A stretch of DNA of 64,000 nt from an uncultured Mycoplasmataceae bacterium (GTDB lineage Bacteria > Bacillota_I > Bacilli_A > Mycoplasmatales > Mycoplasmoidaceae): the NCBI GenBank assembly GCA_949282725.1, contig CASDPP010000003.1, forward strand, positions 68,289 through 132,288. The letters run 5' to 3'. The position numbers and the translations under genes are program-made. Below, piece by piece: positions 49,030-58,903 of this stretch. The notes beneath the pieces were generated by a model. That model had not been told where the DNA came from. It ran no database searches and saw nothing but the letters and a program-made list of their open reading frames with translations. Positions within the stretch are counted from its first letter, which is position 1. Each line of letters begins with the position of its first letter.

Positions 49030-50121
49030 ATGGTAGAAAAAAATAAGAAAAAAAGTTTAAATTTTTTTCCATTGTTTATTTGTTCATTAATTTTTGAGTT
49101 AAGTTTTTATTCAAATTATTTTTTTCTGATATTATTAATTCCTATTTGTTATTATTTATTTTTAACTAATGTAAAAATAAAAGACATTATTTTAATTTTT
49201 CTATTTGGATTTTTTCCATGTATAACAAATATTTTTATTAAAAATTTTAATGTATATGATTGGCTATATAAATTAATACTAGATGTTACTCATTTTGATC
49301 TTAGAGAAAACATTAAATGTTATTTTGAAAAACTTTATCCAGAAAAAGAAAGTAACTTTTTAAAACTTCTTATTTTAAATATTAAAAATGATCAAGGGTT
49401 TAATATATATAAACAAATAATCAACTTATCAATTGTTTATTTGATTGTTATTAGTGGATTTCATATTAGTTTTATTCAATTAGTAATTAATAAAATTTTT
49501 AAAAAACTAAAGAAACTTGGTTTTATTTTTAATATTTTATTAACAAGTGTTTATTCTTGGATATTAAATTTTAGTGTTAGTATCAATAGATGTTTTTTTA
49601 GTTTGTTGTTCCATAAAAAAATATCAAAAATTTCCAGTGATAATTTTGATACAACATCTTTAGTTGGCTATTTAAATTTGTTAATTGTTCCTCAGTCTTA
49701 TAGTAACATTGGATTTCAATTAAGTTATTTATGTACATTAGGAATTTTATTTTTAAATAAATTTGATATAAAAAATATTTTTATTAATAGAATAAGCATT
49801 AATTACATTGCACTATTAATTAGTTTTCCAATAGTTTTATCATTAAATCAAAAAATATCAGTATTTGCATTAATTAATTCATTTATTTTTTCAACGTTTT
49901 TTATTTTTAGTTTTTGTGTTTTATTATTTATATGTTTTGTTCCTTTTTTATCTTTTTTGTCATGTTTTTTAATAAATATTATTTACGAGACAATAAACGT
50001 GTTTGATTACCTTAACATAAATCTAGAATTGTCAATAATGAATGTTTATGTATCGGTAATGTTTTATTTTGTTATTGGTTTGTTTGGTATTTTTTTATAT
50101 AAAAAATATAATATTATTTAA
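49030..50121 (+). CDS. ComEC/Rec2-like membrane protein (short form)
   Basis: 363-aa polytopic protein with VISGFHISFI, which resembles the ComEC core motif. It lies immediately upstream of holA, as comEC-holA does in Firmicutes. Confidence 0.55.
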   Translation: MVEKNKKKSLNFFPLFICSLIFELSFYSNYFFLILLIPICYYLFLTNVKIKDIILIFLFGFFPCITNIFIKNFNVYDWLYKLILDVTHFDLRENIKCYFEKLYPEKESNFLKLLILNIKNDQGFNIYKQIINLSIVYLIVISGFHISFIQLVINKIFKKLKKLGFIFNILLTSVYSWILNFSVSINRCFFSLLFHKKISKISSDNFDTTSLVGYLNLLIVPQSYSNIGFQLSYLCTLGILFLNKFDIKNIFINRISINYIALLISFPIVLSLNQKISVFALINSFIFSTFFIFSFCVLLFICFVPFLSFLSCFLINIIYETINVFDYLNINLELSIMNVYVSVMFYFVIGLFGIFLYKKYNII

Positions 50122-50123
50122 TA

Positions 50124-51014
50124 ATGACAATTTTATATTCTGATAGTTTAGATGATTTAAAATATGAAGTGAAAGATATTCCTAATAAGGTATATCTAGA
50201 TTACCAAGGTAATTTATTAGAATTATTAAATAAACTAAGTCAAGAATCATTTTTTTCATCAAATAATGAGAACTATTTAATTACTAATCCAAGTTTTTTA
50301 TTTGACAAAAAACTTAATAAAGAAATTATTGATAAAATTTTTAATACCAACAAATCAATTTATTTTTTAGTGCATTCAGATAAACTTGATGGATTAAATA
50401 AGGAAATCGAACAAAATAAAAACATTAAAAAAGTTCATATTTCTAAAAAAATTAGTTTAAAAGATTTTGAACAAATTTTAAGTAAATACAATATTAATTT
50501 TCCATCAGAAGAAATTAAGAAAAAATTTTATGAGCAAGCTTACCAAAACAAATTTTTTATATTAAACGAAATCGAAAAATTAATGATTTATTCATCCAAT
50601 AATCAATTAACAGAAGAAGCGGTTAATAAACTAAAAATCACATTATTTGAAGAAAATATTTTTAATCTTTTTACTTTCTTTTTTAAAAGTGATAAAATAA
50701 AATTTCTTAAAGGATATGAATCATTAATTCAACAAAAAGTTTCACCAATAACAATAATTAACGCTTTTGGTACTCAATTAATTACAGCAATAGTTTATAA
50801 GACATGTTTATTAAAACAAATGAATTCCACACAAATTTTTAAGGAAGCTAAAATACCTATTTTTCAACAAATTAAAATGGATTTTATTAAAAATATAAAA
50901 AAAGATAAATTAATCAACTTAATAAACAATTTATGTTTATTAGATTATAATACAAAGATAAAAAAAGTAGATCAATACACCCAAGTAAAAATCTTCTTTT
51001 TAAAAAACATCTAA
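50124..51014 (+). CDS. holA: DNA polymerase III delta subunit
   Basis: 296 aa. The call rests on size and on conserved synteny after comEC. Sequence similarity is weak by eye. Confidence 0.5.
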   Translation: MTILYSDSLDDLKYEVKDIPNKVYLDYQGNLLELLNKLSQESFFSSNNENYLITNPSFLFDKKLNKEIIDKIFNTNKSIYFLVHSDKLDGLNKEIEQNKNIKKVHISKKISLKDFEQILSKYNINFPSEEIKKKFYEQAYQNKFFILNEIEKLMIYSSNNQLTEEAVNKLKITLFEENIFNLFTFFFKSDKIKFLKGYESLIQQKVSPITIINAFGTQLITAIVYKTCLLKQMNSTQIFKEAKIPIFQQIKMDFIKNIKKDKLINLINNLCLLDYNTKIKKVDQYTQVKIFFLKNI

Positions 51015-51016
51015 AT

Positions 51017-52147
51017 ATGGAAAAAAAATATAAAGACATTCAAGAATCGTTAATTAAAAATTTAGATATAGTTTTTGGTAATAAAACCACATCTACTTAT
51101 TTAGCAGACAATAAATCTTTCCAAGATATCATTGAAAATTTACTTGGTTGTCTTTCATATTGTCTTCAAAAAACTAAATCATCTGAGACACCACTTACTA
51201 ACCTAAAAAATAAATTTAAAAAAATAATTAATAGAGATCTTAATATTAAACCAAAAAAATATAAAGACATATATGAATTATTAGATGAAGTTAATTATTT
51301 AAATGTTTATGTTAAAAACACATTTAAAGTAGATATTAATGAATTATCAAAAATTAATAATGAACCAAAAGTAAATGATAATGAATTAAAAGTTAATGAA
51401 TCTAGTACTTCACAAGCACAACAAAACATTAATGCAATTAACGATTTAACAAAAAAATTATCAGCACAACAATCTTTAAATGAAAAAATAAGAAGTGGAA
51501 AGTTTTTTATTTATGATTCGAAACCAAAGATTATTCCAATTTTAAGAAAGACTTTTTTAATTTTATCTGCATTATTTTGTTTAACAGTATTATTGATTTC
51601 TTGTTTCATGATTGCAGTTCAAAAATTTAAAAACGGGTTTGAAGAACCGTACAACTATTCATCAACAATTTTTTTAGGTGTAATTTATGTTATTTATACT
51701 TTGGGTATTTTATGATATGTTTACAAATTGTTAAAACACGAATTTAAAAATAAAAATGAAAATGAAATATATCATTTTAAATTTACATATTTATCGATTT
51801 TAATTTCTTTATTTTCGATAATATTTATTTTTGATTTATTTTCATTTAAATTTTCAGGACACACATCATTTTTTGATAGTTTTCAATATATTTTAAAAAA
51901 CAATTTAAATATTCAATTACAATTATGAGGTTGATATGTTTCAACATTAATTTTAATGGGAATATTAATCTTAATGATTGTTGTTTATGTAGCAGGTGTT
52001 TCATTTAATTCTAAAGTCGATGTTACAAAAATAAATGAAATTATGACGGATATTCAAAATGAATTATTTGGGACTAGTAAAGAAAAACCTATTACTCCTG
52101 AATCATCTTCAGAACAAGATTCAAAAGACAAAACAATAATTAATTAA
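51017..52147 (+). CDS. hypothetical membrane protein
   Basis: Three track ORFs (51017.., 51728.., 51956..) are in one frame joined by TGA, 377 codons. Four hydrophobic helices lie in the C-terminal half. Confidence 0.5.
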
Positions 52148-52149
52148 TT

Positions 52150-53046
52150 ATGTTAACTAAACAAAAACACTCAGGATTAAAAGACTTCTTTTTTCCTATT
52201 GGAGGATTTAAAATATTTTCTTCTGTTAAATTTATAACGGTATTAGCAATACTAATTGCTTTACGAATAGTTTTAGGTGTAATAGGAGTTCCAATAGCTA
52301 TCACAACTCAAAAAATTTCTTTTGCATGAATTCCATTAATGATTATGGGGTGATTTTTTGGCCCAATTTTTGGTTTTATATTCGGAGCTTTTACAGATAC
52401 ACTAACATGATTAATTTTTCCTGGAAGTGTATGATTTTGAATGTTTGCTATTCAAGAACCACTAGTAGCAACAATTAGTGGTATTTTTTCTGGAATATAT
52501 AGAATAAGAGTTAAATCAGAAGAAAGATCAACAAACATTGTCTTTGATACCATTTTTCAGCAAATTATTTTATTCTCGTTTTCAATTGTTGGTTTTATTT
52601 GTTTAACAATGTGATTAACACCAGATGTATTAACATCAGCAGATAAAAATTTTATTTTATTTTTCAAAATTTTAACAATTTTCTTTTTGTCAATATTTGT
52701 AATAGTAAATGAATGAATTACTATTTATTTATTTAAAAATAATAAGAAAAAAACTAAGAAAAAACTTTTATTTATTTATGCATCGTCTTTAGTTTCAGTT
52801 AACATCTTAATATTTTCATTTGTTATGGGACCAATTAGTACTTATTCATACTATGTTTATATTAATGGACACGCCCCAACAAGTCAAAGCTTTATTAAAT
52901 ATGGCTTTTTAATATATTTAATACCGAGAATTGTTGTTCAATCAATTAAAGTTCCAATAGAATGTATGTTGTTTATGAGTTTAGTTTATGCTTTAAATCC
53001 AACGTTTGAAAGATTAAAAAACCATTTAACTTATTCTAACTTTTAA
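52150..53046 (+). CDS. ECF-transporter S-component-like membrane protein
   Basis: 299 codons across many TGA (Trp) codons. A basic N-terminus is followed by about 6 TM helices (FITVLAILIALRIVLGVIGVP..). It resembles the folate-family ECF S components annotated in Mollicutes. Confidence 0.45.
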
Positions 53047-53669
53047 TTACAAGCTAATTTTCGACCATGAAATTGGTTAATTTTAGTTTTTTTATAAATT
53101 TCTAAATAATTTTCATCAGTTACTTTTCCACCAACAACTAATTCAATTTTATTATTTGCTCATTTTTTTAGTTGTTTTAATTCATTAATATTTTCAATTG
53201 CACAAGGATTTGAACAACCTTTTGTTAAAATTCTTCTTACACCTAAATTTATTAATGTTTTTATAGCTTCTTTTTTATCATCAATCAAATCAAAAGCCAT
53301 ATGAAACACAACGGGTTTATTTTTTGTTTCTTTCATTAAAAGCTTCATGCTTTCAACATCTATTTTGTTATCATTAGTTAAAATTCCAAAAACAAAACCT
53401 TTAATTTTTGTATCTCTAAATTTTTTAATATCTGATATAAGTTTTTTTAAATCTGATGGATTAGTAGTGAAATCATCGTTTTTTCTTCGAATCATGATAA
53501 AAACATTTGAATTTTTAAAACTAGTTGCATAATCAATTAAAGATTTTGTTGGTGTATAACCCCCAAATTCTAAATGACTACATAATTCAATTCTGTCTGC
53601 TTTTTTCTTTTGTGATAATAGTATTTCTTTTTTTGTTTCAACACAAGCTTCTCTAATAATTTTTTCCAT
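53043..53669 (-). CDS. cutC: copper homeostasis protein CutC family
   Basis: MEKIIREACVETKKEILLSQKKKADRIELCSHLEFGGYTPT, then FHMAFD, with a TGA-joined C-terminal FHGRK. Confidence 0.75.
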
Positions 53670-53718
53670 ATTAATAATTATTATAATTTATGTAAAATAC
53701 ATAAAAAATAAAACTTAA

Positions 53719-53747
53719 TTGATTTTTATTTTAATAATATGTATAAT
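53719..53747 (+). promoter_or_regulatory. candidate sigma-70 promoter for rplJ-rplL
   Basis: TTGATT (53719-53724), a 17-nt spacer, then TATAAT (53742-53747). Such matches can arise by chance in AT-rich DNA. Confidence 0.4.
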
Positions 53748-53760
53748 ACATATGCAATAT

Positions 53761-53860
53761 ACCAAAGAAAATAACGAGAGAAATCTTTAATAATGTTATC
53801 GAGGTGTGATGTTAATTTTTCATATTTCTTTGGTTTATTGGTAAAACAATAAACTTTTTT
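53761..53860 (+). promoter_or_regulatory. candidate ribosomal protein L10 leader (autoregulatory 5' UTR)
   Basis: A perfect 10-bp long-range stem pairs ACCAAAGAAA (53761-53770) with TTTCTTTGGT (53825-53834), enclosing 54 nt. It is followed by TTATTG-GTAAAA-CAATAA and T6 (53835-53860), an attenuator-like hairpin just upstream of the rplJ SD. Confidence 0.35.
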
Positions 53861-53897
53861 ATTTGTATATTGCAAAATTGGGAAAGGAGAAAGCTTT

Positions 53898-54383
53898 ATG
53901 AAACCAATCATTGAAAAGAAACAGCAAGAAACTAATCATTTAGCAGAAGAATTAAAAACAGCTAAATCATTTTTGGTTTTTGAATATTTAGGACTTAGTG
54001 CTAAAAAAATTACAGAACTAAGAAATAAATTACATAAATCAAATGCAAAAATGTATGTTTCAAAAAACAACATTTTCAATAGAGCATTAGCATCTGCTAA
54101 CATCAGTGAAATTAAAGACATTACTGGACCTAACGCAATTATCATTTCTAAAGGAGATGAAATTGCACCATTTAAAGAAATTCATGAAATTATGAAAGAT
54201 CATAAATTCATTGTTTTTAAAGGTGGTATAGCAGAAAGTAACTTTATTTCATCTGATAAATTATCACAAATTGCAAGCATTCCAGGAAGAGAAGGATTAT
54301 ATTCAATGTTATTGAGTTGTCTTCAAGGAAGTATTCGCAATTTCTTATATGGCTTAAAAGCTATAGAATCACAAAAACAATAA
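53898..54383 (+). CDS. rplJ: 50S ribosomal protein L10
   Basis: 161 aa. SD GGAAAGGAG lies upstream and rplL follows. Confidence 0.9.
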   Translation: MKPIIEKKQQETNHLAEELKTAKSFLVFEYLGLSAKKITELRNKLHKSNAKMYVSKNNIFNRALASANISEIKDITGPNAIIISKGDEIAPFKEIHEIMKDHKFIVFKGGIAESNFISSDKLSQIASIPGREGLYSMLLSCLQGSIRNFLYGLKAIESQKQ

Positions 54384-54407
54384 TTAAATTTATAGAAAGG
54401 AAAAATT

Positions 54408-54776
54408 ATGGCAAAAGTAACAAAAGAACAAATTATTGAAACTTTAAAAGAAATGACTTTACTAGAAATTAATGACCTAGTAAAAGAAATCGAAACAGCA
54501 TTCGGTGTTTCAGCAGCAGCTCCAGTAGCAGTAGCAGCTGGTCCTGCAGCAGCAGAAGCAGCACCTACATCAGTAACAATTTCATTAGTTGATGCAGGAG
54601 CACAAAAAGTTGCTGTTATTAAAGCGTTCAGAGAAGCAACAGGATTAGGATTAATGGAAGCTAAAGCAGCAGTAGAAAAAACTCCAGCTGTTATTAAAGA
54701 AAACATTAAACCTGAAGAAGCTGAAGAATTAAAGAAAAAATTCGAAGCTGCTGGTGCTAAAGTTAAAATTGGTTAA
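54408..54776 (+). CDS. rplL: 50S ribosomal protein L7/L12
   Basis: An Ala-rich hinge ([18 protein letters not shown]) and the C-terminal domain [24 protein letters not shown] are present. Confidence 0.95.
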   Translation: MAKVTKEQIIETLKEMTLLEINDLVKEIETAFGVSAAAPVAVAAGPAAAEAAPTSVTISLVDAGAQKVAVIKAFREATGLGLMEAKAAVEKTPAVIKENIKPEEAEELKKKFEAAGAKVKIG

Positions 54777-54810
54777 TAGCATTATATTGGGAAGTGATTA
54801 ATCCCAATAT

Positions 54811-54886
54811 GGACCTGTAGCTCAGTTGGTAGAGCAATTGACTCTTAATCAATGGGTCCAGGGTTCGATCCCCTGCGGGTCCACCA
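54811..54886 (+). tRNA. tRNA-Lys (anticodon CUU), CCA encoded
   Basis: Hand-folded cloverleaf has acceptor GGACCTG/CGGGTCC, anticodon stem ATTGA/TCAAT with loop CTCTTAA, and T loop TTCGATC. Confidence 0.85.
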
Positions 54887-54898
54887 ATTAAAAATTAA

Positions 54899-54925
54899 AT
54901 GGTACATTCATGTACCATTTTTTTA
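54899..54925 (+). terminator. rho-independent terminator after tRNA-Lys
   Basis: ATGGTACA-TTCA-TGTACCAT followed by T7. Confidence 0.8.
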
Positions 54926-54957
54926 TTTTATAGTTAAAAAAAATTATAATTTTATTA

Positions 54958-56775
54958 ATGGACAAAAAATATATTAGAAATTTTTGTATTATTGCTCATA
55001 TAGATCATGGTAAATCTACTTTAAGTGATCGTATTATTGAACTTACACAAACTATCGATAAAAGAGAAATGCAACCACAAATTTTAGATAGTATGGATAT
55101 TGAAAGAGAAAGAGGAATAACCATTAAATTAAATGCTATTCAATTGCAATATCATTGTAAAAAAAATAATCATGATTACATATTTCATTTAATAGATACC
55201 CCAGGACATATTGACTTTACTTATGAAGTTTCACGAAGTTTAGCTGCTTGTGAAGGTGCAATATTAGTTGTTGATGCAACACAAGGAATAGAAGCACAAA
55301 CGCTTTCTAATGTTTATTTAGCATTAGAAAATGATTTAACAATTATTCCTGTAATTAATAAAGTTGACTTACCTAATGCAGATATTGAAGAAACAAAAAA
55401 AGAAATTGAAAAACAATTAGGTCTTGATACATCAAAAATTTGTTGTGTATCAGCAAAAACAGGATTAAATGTTGAATCAATTTTAGAAGAAATAATTGAA
55501 ATGATTCCTCCACCAGAAGGCGATGATAACAAAAAACTTCAAGCTCTAATATTTGACTCATATTTTGATCAATACAAAGGTGTTGTTTGTTTAGTAAGAA
55601 TTAAAAATGGAAAAATTAAAGTTGGCCAACATATTAAAATGATGTCTTCTAATAAAGATTTCATTATTAGTGAACTTGGTATTAGAACTCCTAAAATTCA
55701 AAATAAGCAAGAATTATTAAGTGGTGAAGTAGGATGAATTGCTGCTAATATTAAAACAGCAAAAGATATTAGTGTTGGTGATACAATTACAGATTTTGAT
55801 AATCCGGTAGAACAACCACTTAAAGGATATAAAAAAATATTACCAATGGTTTTTTGCGGTATTTATCCAGTTGATAATTCTAAATTTACAGAACTTAAAG
55901 AAGCGATGGCAAAAATCTCATTATCTGATTCATCATTACAATATGAATATGAAACATCTCAAGCATTAGGATTTGGTTTGCGTTGTGGTTTTTTAGGATT
56001 ATTACATATGGATGTTATTAAAGAAAGAATTAGAAGAGAATTTAATATTGATTTAATAATGTCTGCACCAAGTGTAAAATATGAAGTATTATTAACAAAT
56101 AAAGAAACTATTATGGTAGATAACCCAACAAATCTTCCTGATAGAACTTATATTAAAGAGATAAGAGAACCTTTTGTTAAAGCATTTATTGTTGTTCCAG
56201 AACAGTATATTGGGGCAATAATGGAACTATGTCAATCATTTAGAGGAAAATATAAAGATTTAGAATATTTAGATTCTATTAGATATCGTTTAGTTTATGA
56301 AATTCCATTAGGAGAAATTATTTATAGTTTCTTTGATAAACTAAAAACCGTATCTAAGGGTTATGCGACATTAGATTATGAATTTATAGAATATCGTAAA
56401 GAAGACTTAGTAAAAATTGATATCATGTTAAATGGAAATAAAATAGATGCATTAAGTTTAATTACACATCGAGATTTTGCTTATCAAAAAGCAAAACAAA
56501 TGTGTGAAAAATTAAAACAATATATTCCTAGACAACAATTTGAAGTTCCTGTTCAAGCAGCAATAGGGGGTAAAATTATTGCTCGTGAAAATATTAAAGC
56601 AATGTATAAAAATGTTTTAGCAAAGTGTTATGGTGGCGATGTTAGTAGAAAGAAAAAACTTCTTGAACAACAAAAAGAAGGTAAGAAAAGACTTAAATCT
56701 ATTGGTAATGTTTCATTACCAAGTGATATTTTTATAAAAGTCTTTAGCGACGAAGAACCAAATCAAGATAATTAA
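54958..56775 (+). CDS. lepA: elongation factor 4 (LepA)
   Basis: [20 protein letters not shown] and DTPGHIDF are present. Two fragments are in frame across one TGA. The C-terminal LepA-specific region is [22 protein letters not shown]. Confidence 0.95.
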
Positions 56776-56823
56776 AAAATTTACAATAATATAATTATTA
56801 AGTTTATAATATATAAACCTATT

Positions 56824-56900
56824 CGGGAAGTAGCTTAGCTTGGTAGAGCACTTGGTTTGGGACCAAGGGGTCGCAGGTTCGAATCCTGTCTTCCCGACCA
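56824..56900 (+). tRNA. tRNA-Pro (anticodon UGG)
   Basis: Acceptor CGGGAAG/CTTCCCG, anticodon stem CTTGG/CCAAG with loop TTTGGGA, and a CCA end. Confidence 0.85.
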
Positions 56901-56901
56901 T

Positions 56902-56978
56902 GGCAGGGTATCTCAGTTGGTTAGAGAACTCGGCTCATACCCGGGGTGTCGTGAGTTCGAATCTCACCCCTGCTACCA
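56902..56978 (+). tRNA. tRNA-Met elongator (anticodon CAU)
   Basis: Anticodon loop is CTCATAC and the 3' end is GCTACCA. The G1-U72 pair and overall sequence resemble Mollicutes elongator tRNA-Met. Confidence 0.7.
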
Positions 56979-56984
56979 TGTATA

Positions 56985-57061
56985 GGAGCTTTAGCTCAAT
57001 TGGTTAGAGCCCCCGACTCATAATCGGTTGGTTATAGGTTCGAGTCCTATAAGCTCCACCA
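56985..57061 (+). tRNA. tRNA-Ile2 (CAU, presumably lysidine-modified)
   Basis: Acceptor GGAGCTT/AAGCTCC and anticodon loop CTCATAA. The body (TTTAGCTCAATTGGTTAGAGC ... GTCCTATAAG.TCCACCA) resembles tRNA-Ile(CAU) rather than tRNA-Met. Confidence 0.6.
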
Positions 57062-57115
57062 AATAAATTATTAACGTGCTTTTTTATTGTTATAATAAAA
57101 TAAGCATGTTACAAT

Positions 57116-57208
57116 GGATGCTTACCCAAGTCCGGTTGAAGGGATCGGTCTTGAAAACCGAAAGGTACAGAAATGTACGCGGGGGTTCGAATCCCTCAGC
57201 ATCCGCCA
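57116..57208 (+). tRNA. tRNA-Ser (anticodon UGA), long variable arm
   Basis: 93 nt. The anticodon loop is CTTGAAA, the long extra arm is GGTACAGAAATGTACG, and the T loop is TTCGAAT. Confidence 0.85.
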
Positions 57209-57211
57209 TAT

Positions 57212-57288
57212 CGCGGAGTAGAGCAGCTTGGTAGCTCGTCAGGCTCATAATCTGAAGGTCGTTGGTTCAAATCCAGCCTCCGCAACCA
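57212..57288 (+). tRNA. initiator tRNA-fMet (anticodon CAU)
   Basis: CGCGGAG...CTCCGCA ACCA gives the C1xA72 mismatch typical of bacterial initiators. The anticodon loop is CTCATAA. Confidence 0.7.
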
Positions 57289-57290
57289 AA

Positions 57291-57366
57291 GGTCCTGTGG
57301 TGTACCGGTTAACATGCCTCTCTGTCACAGAGGAGATTGCGAGTTCGATTCTCGTCAGGACCGCCA
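57291..57366 (+). tRNA. tRNA-Asp (anticodon GUC)
   Basis: Acceptor GGTCCTG/CAGGACC, anticodon stem CCTCT/AGAGG with loop CTGTCAC. Confidence 0.85.
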
Positions 57367-57370
57367 TAAT

Positions 57371-57446
<76 letters not shown>

Positions 57447-57459
57447 TTTAGCAAAAATA

Positions 57460-57486
57460 AAAGTAGGCTTTATTGCTTACTTTTTT
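57460..57486. terminator. bidirectional rho-independent terminator (tRNA cluster / IspD-like gene)
   Basis: AAAAGTAGGC-TTTATT-GCTTACTTTT has an A run on one side and a T run on the other. Confidence 0.6.
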
Positions 57487-58150
57487 ATTTTTTTAAATCT
57501 TGTGAAATAGTTATCTTAAAATTATTAATTTTACCTAAAAACATATTTTTAGAATTTAGTTTTAGTTTCATCATTCCTATTAGATCTTTAGATTCATAAT
57601 CAATTCTTGAAAAGTTTAATAATTTACCGACAAAAGATTGGGGTGTTTGAATTAAATATTTATTAGAACGTTGAATGTAATTGTATTGTTTTTTATTTAA
57701 TTCAACAACAGCATCATGTACAGGATAATAAGCAGTAGAAAATTGATATTTTTTAGCAACTTTAATCGATTCATCTATTAAAAAATTATCAACATTAACA
57801 CGAGCAATATCGTGTGTAACAAAAATTGATTTATTAAACTCTTGTTGGTATTTATTTTTAATTACTTTTAAACATTCAATTAATGAATGCTGTCTAGATT
57901 TTTTTGAACCAGAAACAACAATTAATTTATTTTTATATTTAGGATAAAGTTTCTGTATTTTATTTTTAAAAAAAGAAACAAAATCAGGATTAACAACAAA
58001 ATAAACAAAATCAATATTTTTATTTTTTAAAAAAACATTTAATGAATAAGTAAATAAAAATTGATCATTATATTTAATTAATGATTTGATTTGATTTTTA
58101 TTATTCATTCTTGTGCCAGCACCTGCTGCTAATAAAATTCCAAAAGTCAT
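57485..58150 (-). CDS. IspD/TarI-family nucleotidyltransferase (cytidylyltransferase-like)
   Basis: The N-terminus MTFGILLAAGAGTRM is the signature of the IspD/TarI nucleotide-diphospho-sugar transferase fold. Length is 221 aa. Confidence 0.6.
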   Translation of the reverse strand: MTFGILLAAGAGTRMNNKNQIKSLIKYNDQFLFTYSLNVFLKNKNIDFVYFVVNPDFVSFFKNKIQKLYPKYKNKLIVVSGSKKSRQHSLIECLKVIKNKYQQEFNKSIFVTHDIARVNVDNFLIDESIKVAKKYQFSTAYYPVHDAVVELNKKQYNYIQRSNKYLIQTPQSFVGKLLNFSRIDYESKDLIGMMKLKLNSKNMFLGKINNFKITISQDLKK

Positions 58151-58207
58151 TTATATCAATATTATAAAGAAAAAACATCTACATAAAATAGATGTTAATT
58201 TGTTAAA

Positions 58208-58284
58208 TGGCGCACTCTATAAGAGTCGAACTTACAACCTTTTGATCCGAAGTCAAATGCTCTATCCAATTGAGCTAAGAGTGC
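58208..58284 (-). tRNA. tRNA-Arg (anticodon UCG)
   Basis: The reverse complement is GCACTCTTAGCTCAATTGGATAGAGCATTTGACTTCGGATCAAAAGGTTGTAAGTTCGACTCTTATAGAGTGCGCCA. The anticodon loop is CTTCGGA. Confidence 0.85.
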
Positions 58285-58631
58285 TTATATTCTTTATATA
58301 ATCTATCAAGAGTTTTTTTGTGTAGGTTTTTATAACCAGCAGCTGATGGAATAATTTCTTTATGATATTTTAATAATTTAGGATTTAATCTTTTGTAAGA
58401 AAAAGTATATGAATTATTTACTGAATCAGATTTAATTAAATAAAACTTATACTTTTTACCTACTGTAAAAAAGACATTTAAATCTTTAATTAAATAATCT
58501 GATACCTCTGAAATGTGACAAATTCCTCTAATACCAGCATATTCTAATAAAACATATGATGGCATTATTGCAATAACTTCACATTCACAAATTTGATTTT
58601 CTTTAAAAAAATCATTAAAATTATTTTCCAT
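58275..58631 (-). CDS. S1 RNA-binding domain protein
   Basis: 118 aa with an S1/OB-like N-terminal half (ICECEVIAIMPSYVLLEYAGIRGICHISEVSD). Its last 10 nt overlap the 5' end of tRNA-Arg. Confidence 0.5.
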   Translation of the reverse strand: MENNFNDFFKENQICECEVIAIMPSYVLLEYAGIRGICHISEVSDYLIKDLNVFFTVGKKYKFYLIKSDSVNNSYTFSYKRLNPKLLKYHKEIIPSAAGYKNLHKKTLDRLYKEYKHS

Positions 58632-58657
58632 CTTAATTAAATTATAATATTAAAAAT

Positions 58658-58903
58658 ATGGCCAACAGTAAAGAACTTAAATTAGTTAATGAAATTAAAG
58701 ATTTATTAGAAACAGTAAGAATTTATATTAACAATGATGGCGGGGATATTGAATTTATTTCATTTAAAAACAAAATATTAACACTAAAAATTTTAGGTGC
58801 ATGTGTTGGATGCCCATTTATTAACGTAACATTCGATCAAGGCGTAAAACAAATTTTTTTAAATGAATTTAAAGGAAAAATCAAAGATGTTATCTTTATT
58901 TAG
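58658..58903 (+). CDS. NifU-like (Nfu C-terminal domain) iron-sulfur cluster protein
   Basis: DGGDIEFISFKNKILTLKILGACVGCP contains the CxxC Nfu motif. Confidence 0.7.
   Translation: MANSKELKLVNEIKDLLETVRIYINNDGGDIEFISFKNKILTLKILGACVGCPFINVTFDQGVKQIFLNEFKGKIKDVIFI

Noticed and set aside
54323-54706. A 127-aa minus-strand ORF rich in Ala.
   Set aside because: It is the antisense shadow of rplL (L7/L12). The Ala-rich hinge codons (GCN) give an open antisense frame, and the plus-strand protein is unmistakable.
57062-57115. A possible internal promoter (TTGTTA-17-TACAAT) and weak hairpin between tRNA-Ile2 and tRNA-Ser.
   Set aside because: Hexamer matches of this quality are expected by chance in AT-rich spacers, and the hairpin has a mismatch and a large loop. 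This is not strong enough to annotate.
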